Of a DNA stretch of 64,000 bases, positions 1-14,082 are shown in pieces (within the stretch, counting starts at the first letter, position 1; every line of letters begins with the position of its first letter). The stretch lies in the NCBI GenBank assembly GCA_964016885.1, contig OZ024742.1, positions 50,530,001 to 50,594,000 on the forward strand, read 5' to 3'. The notes beneath the pieces are model-generated. The model had not been told where the DNA came from. It was given only the letters and a program-made list of their open reading frames with translations, and did not search any database. The DNA is from Eledone cirrhosa (lineage: Eukaryota). A program made the position numbers and the translations under genes.

Positions 1-705
1 TTGTTTGCCTTAACGCAGTACGCCGTAGAAAACCTCCTTTGGCATCCTAGGGAAACAGCACAGTACCTCTGAAATATATATATTGAAATATATTTGATCA
101 CATGAATGTCTATATTTATTAATATTTTGAATTAATATATATATATATATATATATATAAATGTGTGTGTGTGTATGTGCATGTGTGTGTGTGTGTGTGT
201 GTGGTGTTTAATACAAAATGCGACAAAGACAGTGAAACCTGGAGACAATAAATAAAGGGAAAGACAAAGGCAAGGAAAACACCAAGAAACTCCTGGTGTT
301 CCACAGTCTCCGATAGAAATAATTTCCCAAACCTTTGAACAGGAACGGGAGTTATCACTATGGAACGTATAGCGCTAAATGTCACACTGTCCAAGAAATA
401 GAGGAAATATGTGTAACCTTAATATAAAAGAACATAAAGTAAACTAATATATAGGACACATACCCACACATTGAATACATGTATGTATATATATATATAT
501 ACATGTGTGTGTGTGTGTGTGTGTGTGCATACATGTGTGTGTGAGTGTGTATGTGTGGGTGTGTGTGCGCGCGTCTATGTATGTGTGTTGAGGGGGTGTT
601 AGGTGTGTAACAACAGTTACAGGCCGTGTGCTGTTCGAAAGATTCAATGATGATACGAGGTCCGTTTCGTCTGGGTTGAAAGGTAATGTTAGGGTGTTGC
701 AACAG

Positions 706-956
706 ATACAAACTTAATTAGCATATTACAATTTGTTCTATATCGATAAGCTCAGTGTAAAATTAAGGTGACGGAACTTGACTCTTTTTCAATATCGCGT
801 CAGATATGCGAACTTATATAAGAATATGTTTCTTTACACACATAAGCTCTCGCATATCTGATGAGATGCCGAAAGAAATCAGGGCTATGTTACTTTGATT
901 GTACCCTGAGATGATTAATATCGAAACAATTGTAATATGCAAATAAGAGTTTGTAT
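706..956. repeat. Diverged ~250 bp fold-back palindrome with a hammerhead motif in each arm
   Basis: ATACAAACTT..GCATATTACAATTTG..TCAGATATGCGA (706-811) mirrors TCGCATATCTGA..CAATTGTAATATGC..AGTTTGTAT (850-956). Confidence 0.75.
852..940 (+). ncRNA. Type I hammerhead ribozyme with extended stem II
   Basis: Stem I GCATAT/ATATGC; CTGATGA 858-864; stem II GAT..ATC containing TCAGGG/CCCTGA hairpin; GAAA 923-926; palindromic stem III ACAATTGT; GUA cleavage triplet. Decayed mirror copy at 721-809 on minus (CTGACGC..GAAC). Confidence 0.8.
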
Positions 957-1043
957 ATATGGTGCAGCACTGATTTCAACTCTTTTAAATCTGTCTCTCA
1001 CACACACACATACATTCCCTCTCTCCCCCACACACACTGTCTC

Positions 1044-1106
<63 letters not shown>

Positions 1107-1112
<6 letters not shown>

Positions 1113-1210
1113 ATAATAATAAAATTTAAGACTAAAATCCAAAGAGAGCTCGATAAGGATAAATATATATCAAATATATAAGAACCGTAGAGCAAACATT
1201 TATTAAAATA
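1107..1210. repeat. ~100 bp repeat, inverted partner at 7178-7277
   Basis: AGTAATAATAATAAAATTTAAGACTAAAATCCAAAGAGAGCTCGATAAGG..GTAGAGCAAACATTTATTAA is the reverse complement of 7178-7277; both abut (TA)n. Confidence 0.85.
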
Positions 1211-1315
1211 ACAGATTAAAGTTTAAGCAAATATATATACACACACACACACACACAAGCATATATATATGCATATATAAATATGTGTATCTGTGTGTGT
1301 GTGTTGTGTGTAGCT

Positions 1316-1382
<67 letters not shown>

Positions 1383-3476
1383 TTATATATATATATATAT
1401 ATGTCATTATATCGTAGTTACTTGTTAATTGCAGTTAACTACGTAGGTATTAAAAACAAATAAATATGGACGTTTGGCAAAAAATCACGTTTTGTTGGAG
1501 CGAGGTAAATCTTGGACAGCTTTAACGCTGGGAGGGAATGTATGTAAATTGGAACCATCCCAGATATTTAGTAGAAACAGAAGTTCTTGTCGTAATTGAA
1601 GTAATACTGATTACAGTACCTGAATAAGGTGGTTAGTCTAAAAGCTGCAGGTTGTTAGAAGAGAACTATGCCAATCATTCCCTTATACACACATGTAGCG
1701 TAGATAGTTAAATAAAAATATATAGTGTACTATAATTGTGCGTATATATGTACAATAGCGCTTTATCACTATATATATATAGCATTGTGGTATTTGTTCT
1801 GGTTCTCTTCATTCTGGGTTGAAATGCTGGCGATATCAAGTTTGCTTTTAATCTTTCCAGAGTCGATATAATAAAGTATGATGATAGTATAGTGGTTGAT
1901 TTAATCAACTTTGTCCTTCACCTAAATTTGCTAGAACTGTGCCAAATTTACAAATCATTATATCACCATTATTAAATAACATTAATAAAGATACCATAAG
2001 AACTAACTGAAGGACAAAGTAAAAACAAGCTGGGATATGGCAGTGAAACTGATATTGATATTAAGAGCCTCCTATTCGATGTAGATGTGAGATATATCTA
2101 AAGGAATTATAGTATGAAAATAAAGTTAATCAGAATGATGACACTGGAAAGAGAAATAATTATCTTAATAACAGATGCCTTTTCAATGATTAACGAAAGC
2201 ATACACATATATAACTCACACCTCAAACTCTTATGCATAAACAAAACATTAAGAAAGAAGAGTTAAATGACGTTACACATGTATTACGAAAATACTGTGA
2301 ATGGAATATACAATGCAATACTGACATTAAAAAAATGTCCATATGGATGATGGATTCATGGAGGTGGTGAGAACACGCAATATAAGAAAGCTACAAAATA
2401 GTTTTAATAAAAAATATGATAATATTTAGCGGGAAGATATGATTTCATTATCAGGTGCGCTTAGAAAAAGTCTTTGTAACAGAAAAGAAAAACACGCACT
2501 GTATTCTCATTTAATCATATCCTTCAAAGAAGTAGACTTTACTAACATTGCCTTCGGAGTAACGACTTCAGTATATCTGTCATTTTTTTAACTTATAACA
2601 CAGATGTACAGACAAAAACACAAAACAGAAACAAAATTCTGAAAGATTAAGATCATAATAGAAAAAAAACACATGACAAAATCTATCCTTATACAGACGA
2701 AATATAAGTAAATGATATCATTGCTAAATCTCTTCAGAATTAAGCTTTTCTGTGTTAAGGAAAAGACGGAAAGTCTCGTTGGACTGTGTCGTTCTAGTTT
2801 CTTACTATCGAGACCTAGAAGGAAAAGACAACATAATAACAACAAAACACAACAGTTCAATAGAAGACATATTAAAAACACAAAAATACGCTTATTAGGA
2901 TACATTTTCTTAATAGAAATTCAAAGTTAAACATTTATTTACAAGAATAATGAATTGATAAATTACATATTTTCACATGCATACATATATTTATATACTG
3001 AGGCCATCTGTCACAATGGTCAAACAAACATACAGATCACCCCCATAACATCTCTGTTCTTAGCTTATATTTGCCGTAATCTAGTAGTAGATTAGTAAAT
3101 ATTTGTGAATTATAACCGGTGACCTCGCCACATGTCGTCCGTCATGCTGGACATAGACATACGTACTTGCAACAATATACGAATATTTACAATCCGACCC
3201 TTTTTCATTAAATTATATATATATAAACACACACACACATCCACATATATGTATATATATATATCGTTTCTGAATTTGTTTAGCAAGATTATTTATCTGA
3301 GTCCGTGTGTTGAAACCCATATTGTTATACTTTGGGAGGGTCATGTTGCCAATAAGAAATACACGCACCAGTTGCTTTCACTTCAATTTATTATAATAAA
3401 TTTATAAATTTAGGAATTTATAAATTTATAAATTTCCGGTTGGTTGGTTCCACAACCAGATGGTTGTTTATATATT

Positions 3477-3519
3477 GTCAAAGTGCTTTCGTCACACATT
3501 CTGTGATCTCTTCAGAGAC
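3477..3519 (-). ncRNA. Minimal type I hammerhead in PLE pLTR
   Basis: Minus strand GTCT-CTGAAGA-GATCACAGAATGTGTGAC-GAAA-GCAC-TT-TGAC. Related copies at 6570-6612(+), ~12171-12215(-) and 41745-41790(+; GTTA-CTGAGGA..GAAA-GAGC-TT-TGAC). Confidence 0.7.
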
Positions 3520-5536
3520 TAGGGATTCTTTTCTTTGTTTTTTGTGCCTCTCCTTTGTTCTGTCCTACGCCATCTTGTTTTTGTGTCTATCTTGTGTGCT
3601 TAGTTTGCGCATGGGTTACATCCGGGTGTCTGTGTGTGTTTATATTCGTTTATTTATTTGTTTATTTACATGTTACTGGTTGGTTGTTTGTTCTATGTGC
3701 GTGTGTGTTTTCATGTTGTCCTTAGTTGTAAGTTGTGATGTTGTTGTTCCACTCATGTTTTCTATTTAATTTTGGTTGTAATTCATTTATGTTTATTGCC
3801 TCTGTGATTTGTCTAATCATTGCGTCTTTTCTGTGTGTAGATTCTATTTTTATTTTTTATGTTCTCTAATTTTCCCTTATGTTCTATTATAGCTGTTGGT
3901 AGAGTACAGATTATTCTTTACTATCTTGAAGGTCTCACCAGTGTTAATTTATCCGTTCCCCTATACTACGAGCTGTCTCACTGATGTACACTATATTTTC
4001 ATCTCTACATTGTCCTTCAGTACATCTTATGCTATATACTACATTTCTAGTTTTACAGTTAATATGGGGGCTTAATTTACAGATTATATATTTCTTATCT
4101 ATACAGGGAGGTCTTTGAAAAGGGTATGTCTTGCTAATAAGTGTTTTTATGGAGGTACCTGATCTTTCTACTATCTTAATATTGAGTTTATGTTTATCTA
4201 GGGCCCTTCTAAATCTGTAAGCTAATTCACCTCTAGGGGTTGTATCGATGAACATTACACTCTGGTATTTATTGCTATCATACGATGAGTTTATTCTATT
4301 AGCATTATTCCTAGTTCTTTCTATTCTATTCCAAAATTTGCTCCTATACAAGGGGCAGGTCCCATTTGTGTTATTATTTGCCATTTCTTCCCATCTGATT
4401 CTGGCTCCTCTATACACTCTGATTTTATCTCTCTGATTGTAACCAGAGAACTGCATACGGTGGATGAAATGTTGTATGTGTCTCTCTAGTTCTTCGGGGT
4501 TGCACATGCGGGACACGTTTCTCATCACCCGTACCAAATACGCAATCAGTATGTTCATTTGGTATGGTCCGAAACAGCTGAGTTTCGGTGGATCAGATAT
4601 TTGGAAGTCATGCGTTTGGCATAATGGTAATGGATGATTTGTTTGTTGTTATTAATGGTATCTAACCAGAGCTCTGTGTCTAGTACATGTAATCGATGGT
4701 TGGGTGTTTGCTTCGGTAGTCTATAGTAAATCTAATACTCTGGTGGATGGAGTTAGCTATTTGCTGGATGCTTTCCATTGTGTTTTTCTCTAATTTCTGA
4801 CTGTTCCCTAGTGGGGGTGTTTTAACTACGATGTTTATATCATCAACGTAGCGGGAGTACATTATCAGGGTTAAGGGGTCTTCTAATTGTTCTTTAAGTT
4901 TAAGTTTACGTTTACTGTCCCACCATACCATGAATAGGTTAGCTATGTCGCCTGCAATGCTAACACCAATGGCTGCTCTCTCCTCTTGGGCATATGCTTT
5001 TCCATTAAATTTGAACGTATGTTCCTTAAGGGTTAATATTATGCTGGCCCCCACCGCATGTGCAATCATTTTCTTTAGTTCATCGTGGTTTTCGGAGGTC
5101 CGTATGGCTCTGCTCCACCTGTTCCATCTATCTGTGTGGGTTTTCTTGACCATTGAGGTAATGGGAGGTGGTCTGCCTCTTGCTGGTCTTGTAGGGCCCA
5201 GGTTGCTAGGGTCATATGTGTCTAGACAATTATTACTATAGGTAAGTTTAAATAGGTATGTATAGAAGCAAATTTTGGAATAGAATAAAAAGAACTAGGC
5301 ATAAGGCTAATAGAATACACTCATCGTATGATAGCAATAAATACCAGAGTGTAATGTTCATCGAGAAAACCCCTAGAGGTGAATTAGCTTACAAATTTAG
5401 AAGGGCCCTAGATAAAAATAAACTCTATATTAAGACAGTAGAAAGACCAGGTACCTCCATAAAAACACTTATTAGCAAGACATACCCCTTTCAAAGACCT
5501 CCCTGTATAGATAAAAAATGTATAATCTGTAAATTA

Positions 5537-6021
5537 GCTGTTAAAACAACAAGCGCTCTATCATCTGGGACTAACTGTTGAAACAACAAGAGCTCTGTCA
5601 TCTGGGACTAGCTGTTGAAACAAGAGCTCTGTTATCTGGGACTAGCTGTTGATACAACAAGAGCTCTGTCATCTGGGACTAACTTTTGAAACAACAAGAG
5701 CTCTGTCATCTGGGACTACTGTTGAAACAACAAGAGCTCTGCCATCTGGGACTAGCTGTTGAAAGAACAAGAGCTCTGTCATCTGGGACTAGCTGTTGAA
5801 ACAAGAGCTCTGTCATCTGGGACTAACTGTTGAAACAACAAGTGCTCTGCCATCTGGGACTAGCTGTTGAAACAAGAGCTCTGTCATCTGGGACTAGCTG
5901 TTGAAAGAACAAGAGCTCTGTCATCTGGGACTAGATGTTGAAACAAGAGCTCTGTCATATGGGACTAGCTGTTGAAACAAGAGCTCTGCCATCTGGGACT
6001 AGCTGTTGAAACAATAAGAGC
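5537..6021. repeat. Minisatellite of 37/34 bp units (~13.5 copies) inserted in the inverted PLE arm
   Basis: Unit AGCTGTTGAAACAACAAGAGCTCTGTCATCTGGGACT; shorter variants lack one CAA; no unique spacers. Confidence 0.95.
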
Positions 6022-6733
6022 TCATATTAACTGTAAAGCTAGAAATCTAGTATATAGCATAATATGTACTGAAGGACAATGTAGGGATAAAAATATAGTG
6101 TACATAGGTGAGGCAGCTCGTAGTATAGGGGAACAGATAAATTAACACTGGTGAGACCTTCAAGATAGTAAAGAATAATCTGTACTCTACCAACAGCTAG
6201 AATAGAACATAAGGGAAAATTAGAGAACATAAAAAATAAAAATAGAATCTACACACAGAAAAGACGCAATGATTAGACAAATCACAGAGGCAATAAACAT
6301 AAATGAATTACAACCAAAATTAAATAGAACACATGAGTGGAACAACAACATCACAACTTACAACTAAGGACAAAATGAAAACACACACGCACATAGAACA
6401 AGCAACCAACCAGTAACATGTAAATAAACAAATAAATAAACGAATATAAACACACAGAGACACCCGGATGTAACACATGCGCAAACTAAGCACACAACAC
6501 ACACACAAAAACAAGATGGCGTAGGACAGAACAAAGGAGAGGCACACAAAACAAAGAAAATAATCCCTAGTCATTGAATAGGTCACATAATGTGTGACGA
6601 AAGCACTTTGACAATATATAAACAACCATCTGGTTGTGGAACCAACCAACCGGAAATTTATAAATTCCTAAATTTATGAATTTATTATAATACATTTAAG
6701 TTTCTTATTGGCAACATGACCCTCCCTAAGTAT

Positions 6734-6793
<60 letters not shown>

Positions 6794-6876
6794 ATATATA
6801 TATTAAATTGTTCGTTATGGAAAGGGCATACAGTGCTAAACCGGCATACCGCCTAGAGACGAATCTAAGCAATCTT

Positions 6877-6916
<40 letters not shown>

Positions 6917-7127
6917 TAAATACATAAACGGAGAAGACTAATAGCGATACTCCGGTCAAATTCCAACTCACTCAACAAACATTAGAAAATATCTGAGTAT
7001 ATTCCTAATTAAACGTTCGGGGAGCTAACTATATTGTATTGTGGAGAATTGGCTTTCATATGAGATATATCAAATATATCACTTCCCAGACGACTCGTTT
7101 CATTATGAGATTTCTCCAAGTTGGGTG

Positions 7128-7182
<55 letters not shown>

Positions 7183-7272
7183 ATAAATATTTGCTCTACG
7201 GTTCTTATATATTTGATATATATATATCCTTATCGAGCCCTCTTTGGATTTAGTCTTCAAATTTATTATTAT

Positions 7273-7363
<91 letters not shown>

Positions 7364-7502
7364 TATATACATATATGTAGATAAATATACCAAAATATAC
7401 GGTAGTGTCCAATCCGTATGAAGAATTCAATGTAATCCAAATATCATGAAATGAGAAGATGCATTCAAAAATTTTCGATGAAAATCATAGGAAAACAGAG
7501 TC

Positions 7503-7690
7503 AAGATTTCTGAAGACAGCATGTATATGTGAAGGTATGTATATTTCCTCTGATAATTTGTAATATTTTTACATCGATCTATATGATATACATACCAACA
7601 CACATGTACATCCTAGAAAGGATCGTAAAATGATGAATGTTTTTATTATAAGGAACTTGTTGTTTGTTTTTATTTCCTTGTTTTTATTAA
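7503..7690 (+). ncRNA. Solo pLTR fragment with long-stem-II hammerhead (same family as 63793-63926)
   Basis: ATTT-CTGAAGA(7510-7516)..~99 nt..GAAA-GGATCG-TA-AAATGATG; aligns by eye with 63800-63980. Confidence 0.7.
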
Positions 7691-7692
7691 TT

Positions 7693-7742
<50 letters not shown>

Positions 7743-7743
7743 C

Positions 7744-7789
<46 letters not shown>

Positions 7790-7794
<5 letters not shown>

Positions 7795-10236
7795 AAAATC
7801 GTAGATCCCAACCCACACAAAGAAAAAAATGTACAGCCCGAACCATCAACAAACCGAGCCGCAATACGTCCGAAGCTTCTATACAAAACCACACAACAAC
7901 AGGAGAAATGCCATCCGACCCATGAAAAAACAATTAATAAAAATCATTTTTTAGACCAAGGCTACAGGATCCACGACACACGGTAGCATAAACCGATTTT
8001 GAAAAACCGAAAATAATCAATCTTTCAAATAAAACTTTTCAGCCTAACAAATTAAAATTCTCTCAAAATGACTGAAATTCACACCAACACCCCAATACTC
8101 TAACCTCAATGAGATAAATGACGATATCTCACACTTCTGTAAAAATTACGGCTAACAGAGGAATTTATTGACAAGGAGAATCACGGTCAATCAATTGTAC
8201 GTAATAAAAGCAGCTACAACCCAACAAAGAGCAGGAATAGTGTTCTGGATGAATTTTGTGACCACATAGCCATTTTCCTATACCATTAAGTACCGCAACC
8301 TAAACCCAAACCCATCACGAGTCGAAGGGAAATGGAGATTATACATGAACTCGAAAGCAATACTGACCTTGTAATTAAGGAAGCGGACAAGGGAAGTACT
8401 GTCGCCATTATGGATGCTAAACAGTATAACAATTCTATATTCTCTCTCTCACAAGACACTAACTACTATCAAAGAGTAAACAAATACCATCACTTAAAAT
8501 AGATGACCAGATTAAACGCATTCATTTGTCAATACCAGGAAGACTTAACTAAAAAGGAACGTAATTATTTAACATATTTTGAATACAAAACCAGCAACCT
8601 TTACGGACTTCCGAAGATCCACAAGTGTAAAATAATTAACGATGCCTGTAAGAATACACCTCAACCTGCATGAACACACAACACTCCACTGACCTTAAAT
8701 TAAGACCAATTGTAGCAGGCCCACACAGACTGAACAATTTTCTGTACATACTACTAAAACCAATTCTCAAACACATACCAAGTCTTGTAAGAGACGACCT
8801 AGACCTCATAAACTACATGCCCAAACATGTCAACAATGACACTATAATCGTATCTTTCGATGTAGCGAATGTCTACACGACGATACCACACCAATACGGA
8901 GTAGAAGCGATAGGATTCTGGCTAGAACAACACCCCAATGAGATACCTGGCAGAATAGAAAAGAGTTTCATCACCTAGCGATTAACATTTATTTCATAGA
9001 ACAACTTTTTTTTATTTAGATGGCAGCATGTACGGGCAAATATCGGGGACTGTAATAGGTACAAAAGTCGGTCCAACTATGCTAACTTAGTCATGACAAA
9101 CTTGGAAGTCCAGATATATGAACACTCCAAATCAAGATGCGGCTTGAACTTCCACCAATATTTACCAGAGAATTGGAAGCGCTACTTGGATGACTGCCTT
9201 ATTCTTTGGTCTCACACACTCGACCAACTAAATGATTTCAAAAATATAATCAACGGCATCAATAACCACATCCAATTCACAATGGAATGCAGTCATGATC
9301 AACTCCCATTTCTGGATATGTTAATCATAAAAAAGACACAAATATTGAAACCGGCATTCACTACAAACCAACAAATTCTAAACAATACCTGCTATTCACC
9401 TCCAACCATCAAAAGCACACAAAGACGAACATCACTTTTAACCTAGCAAGAATAATTTGTACAATTGTCTCCAATTATGAAACGCGAAATAAAAGACTTC
9501 AAGAATTAAAGGAAATTCTGCTCGAAAGGCAGTTCCCACCGTTTCTAATAGATAATGGAATAGAAATGGTCAAAGTAATAGGCATTAATGATTTACGAAA
9601 ATAGAAACAAATTCAAGGTACGCCCAATATTCTATCTCAACACACAACCCAAGAAATACAGAAGCATACAACATTATTCACAAGATCATCCCATTATTGA
9701 AACAAGACCCAAGAATGAAAAAAAGCACTTGAAACACCCAAAATAATCAAAAGCAAAAGACAACCTAAATCACTAAAAACAATATTCATCGATGCCAAGT
9801 TACCCATCACAAACCCACAACCAACTTTCAAAAAATGTGGTCGTTCTAATTGCGGAACTTGCACTCAGCTCATTGACGGCATCATGTATAAATTTCAATC
9901 AAGACAAAATGTTGTTGTAAAAAAAGAAAATCACTTAACTTGCTCATCAAAAAAATTATTTCATACCATTAAATGTAAAGAATGCCATGAAGATTATATA
10001 GGGAAAACTAAACACACACTCAGAAACAGAATGACAATTCATCGCCGACAGTTACGAGACCCTACCACAAGACAGATACCACTCAGTGCACATCTAGAAA
10101 TATGCACAAGTGATAAGACACCCGAATTCCAAATCTTCCCACTTTATCTTTGTGCTGATAATACAACAGACCAAATACGAATAAATAAGCAAAGTATGTT
10201 TATTAAAAAATATAAACCAGCATTAAATATAGTTTA
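7790..10236 (+). mobile_element. Degenerate near full-length Penelope-like element (Neptune-like), RT + GIY-YIG
   Basis: Frameshifted pieces: IKEADKGSTVAIMD (~8375), YGLPKIHK (~8600), LRPIVAG, SFDVANVYTTIPH, WKRYLDDC, LPFLD, CGRSNCGTC linker (~9835), IKCKECHEDYIGKT..RMTIHR. The Cys-rich linker suggests Neptune clade (inference). Confidence 0.9.
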
Positions 10237-10279
10237 ATATACATTAATATGTTAACACCATAATATGCTAACCATCCAA

Positions 10280-10351
<72 letters not shown>

Positions 10352-11388
10352 ACACACACACACACACATACACACACACACACACACATAACACCCTCTC
10401 CTATATTTGAAAATAAAAACCAGAGCTAAATAGATTTTAACATACGTTAATACTCTAACACCTTAACATGCTAACCATACTCTTCACACACACATGCACA
10501 CACATATATAACCCCCATACACACACACACACATGACTCCTTACTCCATTTCTACTAATGGAATCATTTTCCTACACACAACAACACAAATAAAAATATA
10601 TAACTCTATTTTCTGCCCTGTCGCCGCCACCTCCGCTATCGATACAAACATTCTATTCATTTCAATAGAAAGTCTGAATTTTGAAACCTCAGAACAGCAG
10701 CCATAATCACTGAACCAGAACAATTCTCTCCATCCCTTTTTCTTGACCATTATCGTTTGTTTGGCACAAAACTCTCTATCACAAATCATGTGAATGTGAA
10801 AACAGCTATAACGAACCCCCAAATACGAACTGGCGCGAAATTTAATGTACGTATTCATAACCAATCAAATTACATTTATGAAAATACAACATTTTTGAGC
10901 CACTTTTTTAAGTGAAAATGACAATAAAGAACGCTCAAACGCAAATTGGCACGAAAGTTGATGTGCTTATTCAGGTGACTGCATCTACCAACCAAATTTC
11001 TCTCATATACGAAAAAACAATTTGAGCCCCATTTTCTTAAAAGAAAATACAATAAGAACTTTGTAACGCGAACTCGCGCGAAATATATTATAGTTATTCA
11101 CATCACAGTCAACAACCAACCAAATTACCTTTCTAAAAATCCTAGCATTTGGAGCCACTTTTTTCCACTTAAAACAGAAGTAACATTCGAACACCAACCA
11201 CATGCGAGAACAACCACAAACACTCCATCTCAATTCTACGTTTGAAAACCATAAGAACTTTGAAACCGGTAAAGGAAATAAATAAATATTCTTTAAAAGA
11301 CTCCAGTTGCATTTTCGATTTTATCTTTTTTCCTTATACTTTCACTTGTGCAGGATATCACTTTTTTTTTCATTTAAAAAAACCTATC

Positions 11389-11419
<31 letters not shown>

Positions 11420-11584
11420 AGTTAAAGCAATGAAATAAAAAATCAAGTCATTAGACATATACTTCACTGCTTTACGTTCGTTTCTGAATTTGTTTAGCAA
11501 GATTCTTATTGGCAATATGACCCTCCCAAAGCATAACAATATATATATATACATATATATATATATAGGTGTCACGTCAAAAAA

Positions 11585-11788
11585 ACACACAGTTCACGCT
11601 GTAATGTGGCCGTGTAGGCAACACGGTAAAAACCTCCCAGCCCCACACTGTAAATGTGGTTGGTGTTAGGAAGGGCATCCAGCTGTAGAAAACCCGCCAG
11701 ATAGTCCTATGCGAGCAAGATAATCACTCTTGCCTCAAGTGCGAAAACCCCCGTCAAAACCCATGCAAGCGTGGAACACGGACGTTAA

Positions 11789-11820
<32 letters not shown>
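11585..11820 (+). mobile_element. 3' part of a SINE with (TGA)n tail
   Basis: GGTTGGTGTTAGGAAGGGCATCCAGCTGTAGAAA..GGACGTTAAA(TGA)n; recognised as similar to an abundant octopus SINE tail, not database-checked. Confidence 0.6.
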
Positions 11821-11879
11821 ATATATATATATATATATATATATTTCTCGCTAAAACAATCTCTATACCTCTCATTTAT

Positions 11880-11957
<78 letters not shown>

Positions 11958-11965
11958 GTATATAG

Positions 11966-13091
11966 ATTTCGTTTCTGAATTTGTTTAGAAAGATTCTTTA
12001 TCTGAAAACGTGTCTTAAAACCGAAACTGTTATGCTTTGGGAGGGTCATGTTACCAATAAAGAACAAGTTGCTTTCACTGCAATTTATTAAAAATTAAAT
12101 TCATAAATTTAAGGATTTATAAATTTACGTTTGGCTGGTTGGTTCCACAACCGGACGGTTGTTCATATATTGTCAAATTTCTTTCGTCACACATTCTGTG
12201 ACCTCTCAATTGACTGGGGATTCTTTTCTTTGTTTTTGTGCCTCTCATTTGTTCTGTGCTACGCCATCATGTTTTTGTGTGTGTTGTGTGCTTAGTTTGC
12301 GCATGTGTTAAATCCGGGTGTATGTGTGTGTTTAAATTTGTTTATTTATTTGTTTATTTATTTGTTTATTTACATGTTACTGGTTGGTTGTTTGTTCTAT
12401 GTGTGTTTGTGTTATCATTTTGTCCTTAATTGTAAGTTGTGATGTTGCTATTCCATTCATGTTTTCCATTTAATTTGGTTGGAGTTCATTTATGTCTATT
12501 GCCTCTGTGATTTGTCTAAACATTGCGTCTTTTCTGTGTGTAGTTTCTATTTTTATTTCTATGTTCTCTAATTTAACCTTATGTTCTATTTTAGCATGTT
12601 GGTGGAGTACAGATGATTCTTTTCTATCTTGAAGCTCTCGCCAGTGTTCATTTATCCGTTCTCCTATACTACGAGCTGTCTCACTGATGTACACTATATT
12701 CTTATCTCTACATTGTCCTTCAGTATATCTCATGCTATATACTACATAAACAACAATAAATTCCAGAGTGTAATATTCATCAATACAACCTCTAGAGTTG
12801 AATTAGTTTACAAATTTAGAAGGGCCCTAGATAAACATAATCTCAATATTAAGAGAGTAGAAAGACCAGGTGCCTCCATAAAACCACTTATTAACAATAC
12901 ATACCCTTTTCAAAACCTCCCTGTATAGATAGGAAATGTATAATCTGTAAACTAAGTCCCCATATTAACTGTAAAACTAGAAATGTAGTATATAGCATAA
13001 GATGTACTATTTATAAATTTCCGGTTGGTTGGTTGGTTCCACAAACAGACGATTGTTCATGTATTGTCAAAGTTCTTTCAGAAACGAAATA
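11966..13091 (-). mobile_element. Second truncated, rearranged copy of the 3265-6740 PLE family
   Basis: 11966-12748 matches 3265-4045 (ORF 12470-12733, GIY-YIG C-terminus); 12750-13008 inverted segment; ends ATTTCGTTTCTGAA...TTCAGAAACGAAAT; flanked by (TA)n. Confidence 0.85.
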
Positions 13092-13113
13092 TATATATAT
13101 ATATAGTTATATA

Positions 13114-13299
<186 letters not shown>

Positions 13300-13311
13300 T
13301 ATATTTATATA

Positions 13312-13375
<64 letters not shown>

Positions 13376-13836
13376 TATATTTTTATATATATATACATAT
13401 ATATATACCTATATATATACATATATATATATATACACACACACAGTTTTAGAATTCCCTTTTTCGGATTATATTACTGTGAGAGCCCTGGTTTTCTGTT
13501 GAGCTCTGCTGATGATTGAAATTCCAACCGTGACCATCTCCACTGAAAGTTTTCATGAAATAGTCTTTTAAGACTATACAGAGCATTTGATGTTATTCCA
13601 AATTGAAGGATAAGTGTTTCAAACTTTATTTTATCATGAGTGAAAGGTCTATAGATTTTGCCTGGATTTTACTAAATTCTGTGGATGAATTTATATCCTG
13701 ATTCTCTTTTGAGATGAGTTTGAGTTATTTTTCCTAAATCTTTCGTTAACTACTTTTCCCATCTTGACGTTATAGTCGCATATATATTATAGAATGCCGT
13801 TAGCTTCTTGCTAAAACCATCTCTATACCTCTCATT

Positions 13837-13867
<31 letters not shown>

Positions 13868-14082
13868 TAAAAAAAGAAATTCGAACTTTGTCTGATTTAC
13901 TCGTTTTATTTACAATCCTTTAAAATTATAATGATATGATGAAATCGTATGGCAAAACATTAAATGTTAAACACTTAACATTTAATATCCTACCATACTA
14001 TTTCATTATAATAACATATATACATATATATATACATATATATAACTATATATATATATATATAGATATATATATATATATA

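Larger units (their letters stand above)
3265..6740 (-). mobile_element. 5'-truncated degenerate Penelope-like element with inverted duplication of its 3' part
   Basis: Minus ORF pieces 4680-5153 (RT: GVSIAGDIANLFM, SRYVDDINI) and 3944-4558 ([33 protein letters not shown]). 5259-6740 is an inverted copy of ~3320-4350. 3' UTR/pLTR at 3265-3770. Confidence 0.9.

Noticed and set aside
5537-6021. CRISPR-like array of ~37 bp repeats
   Set aside because: Units are head-to-tail with no unique spacers, no cas genes, and the context is eukaryotic; it is a minisatellite.
13500-13540. CTGATGA followed by a short hairpin
   Set aside because: No GAAA, stem III or stem I partner found.
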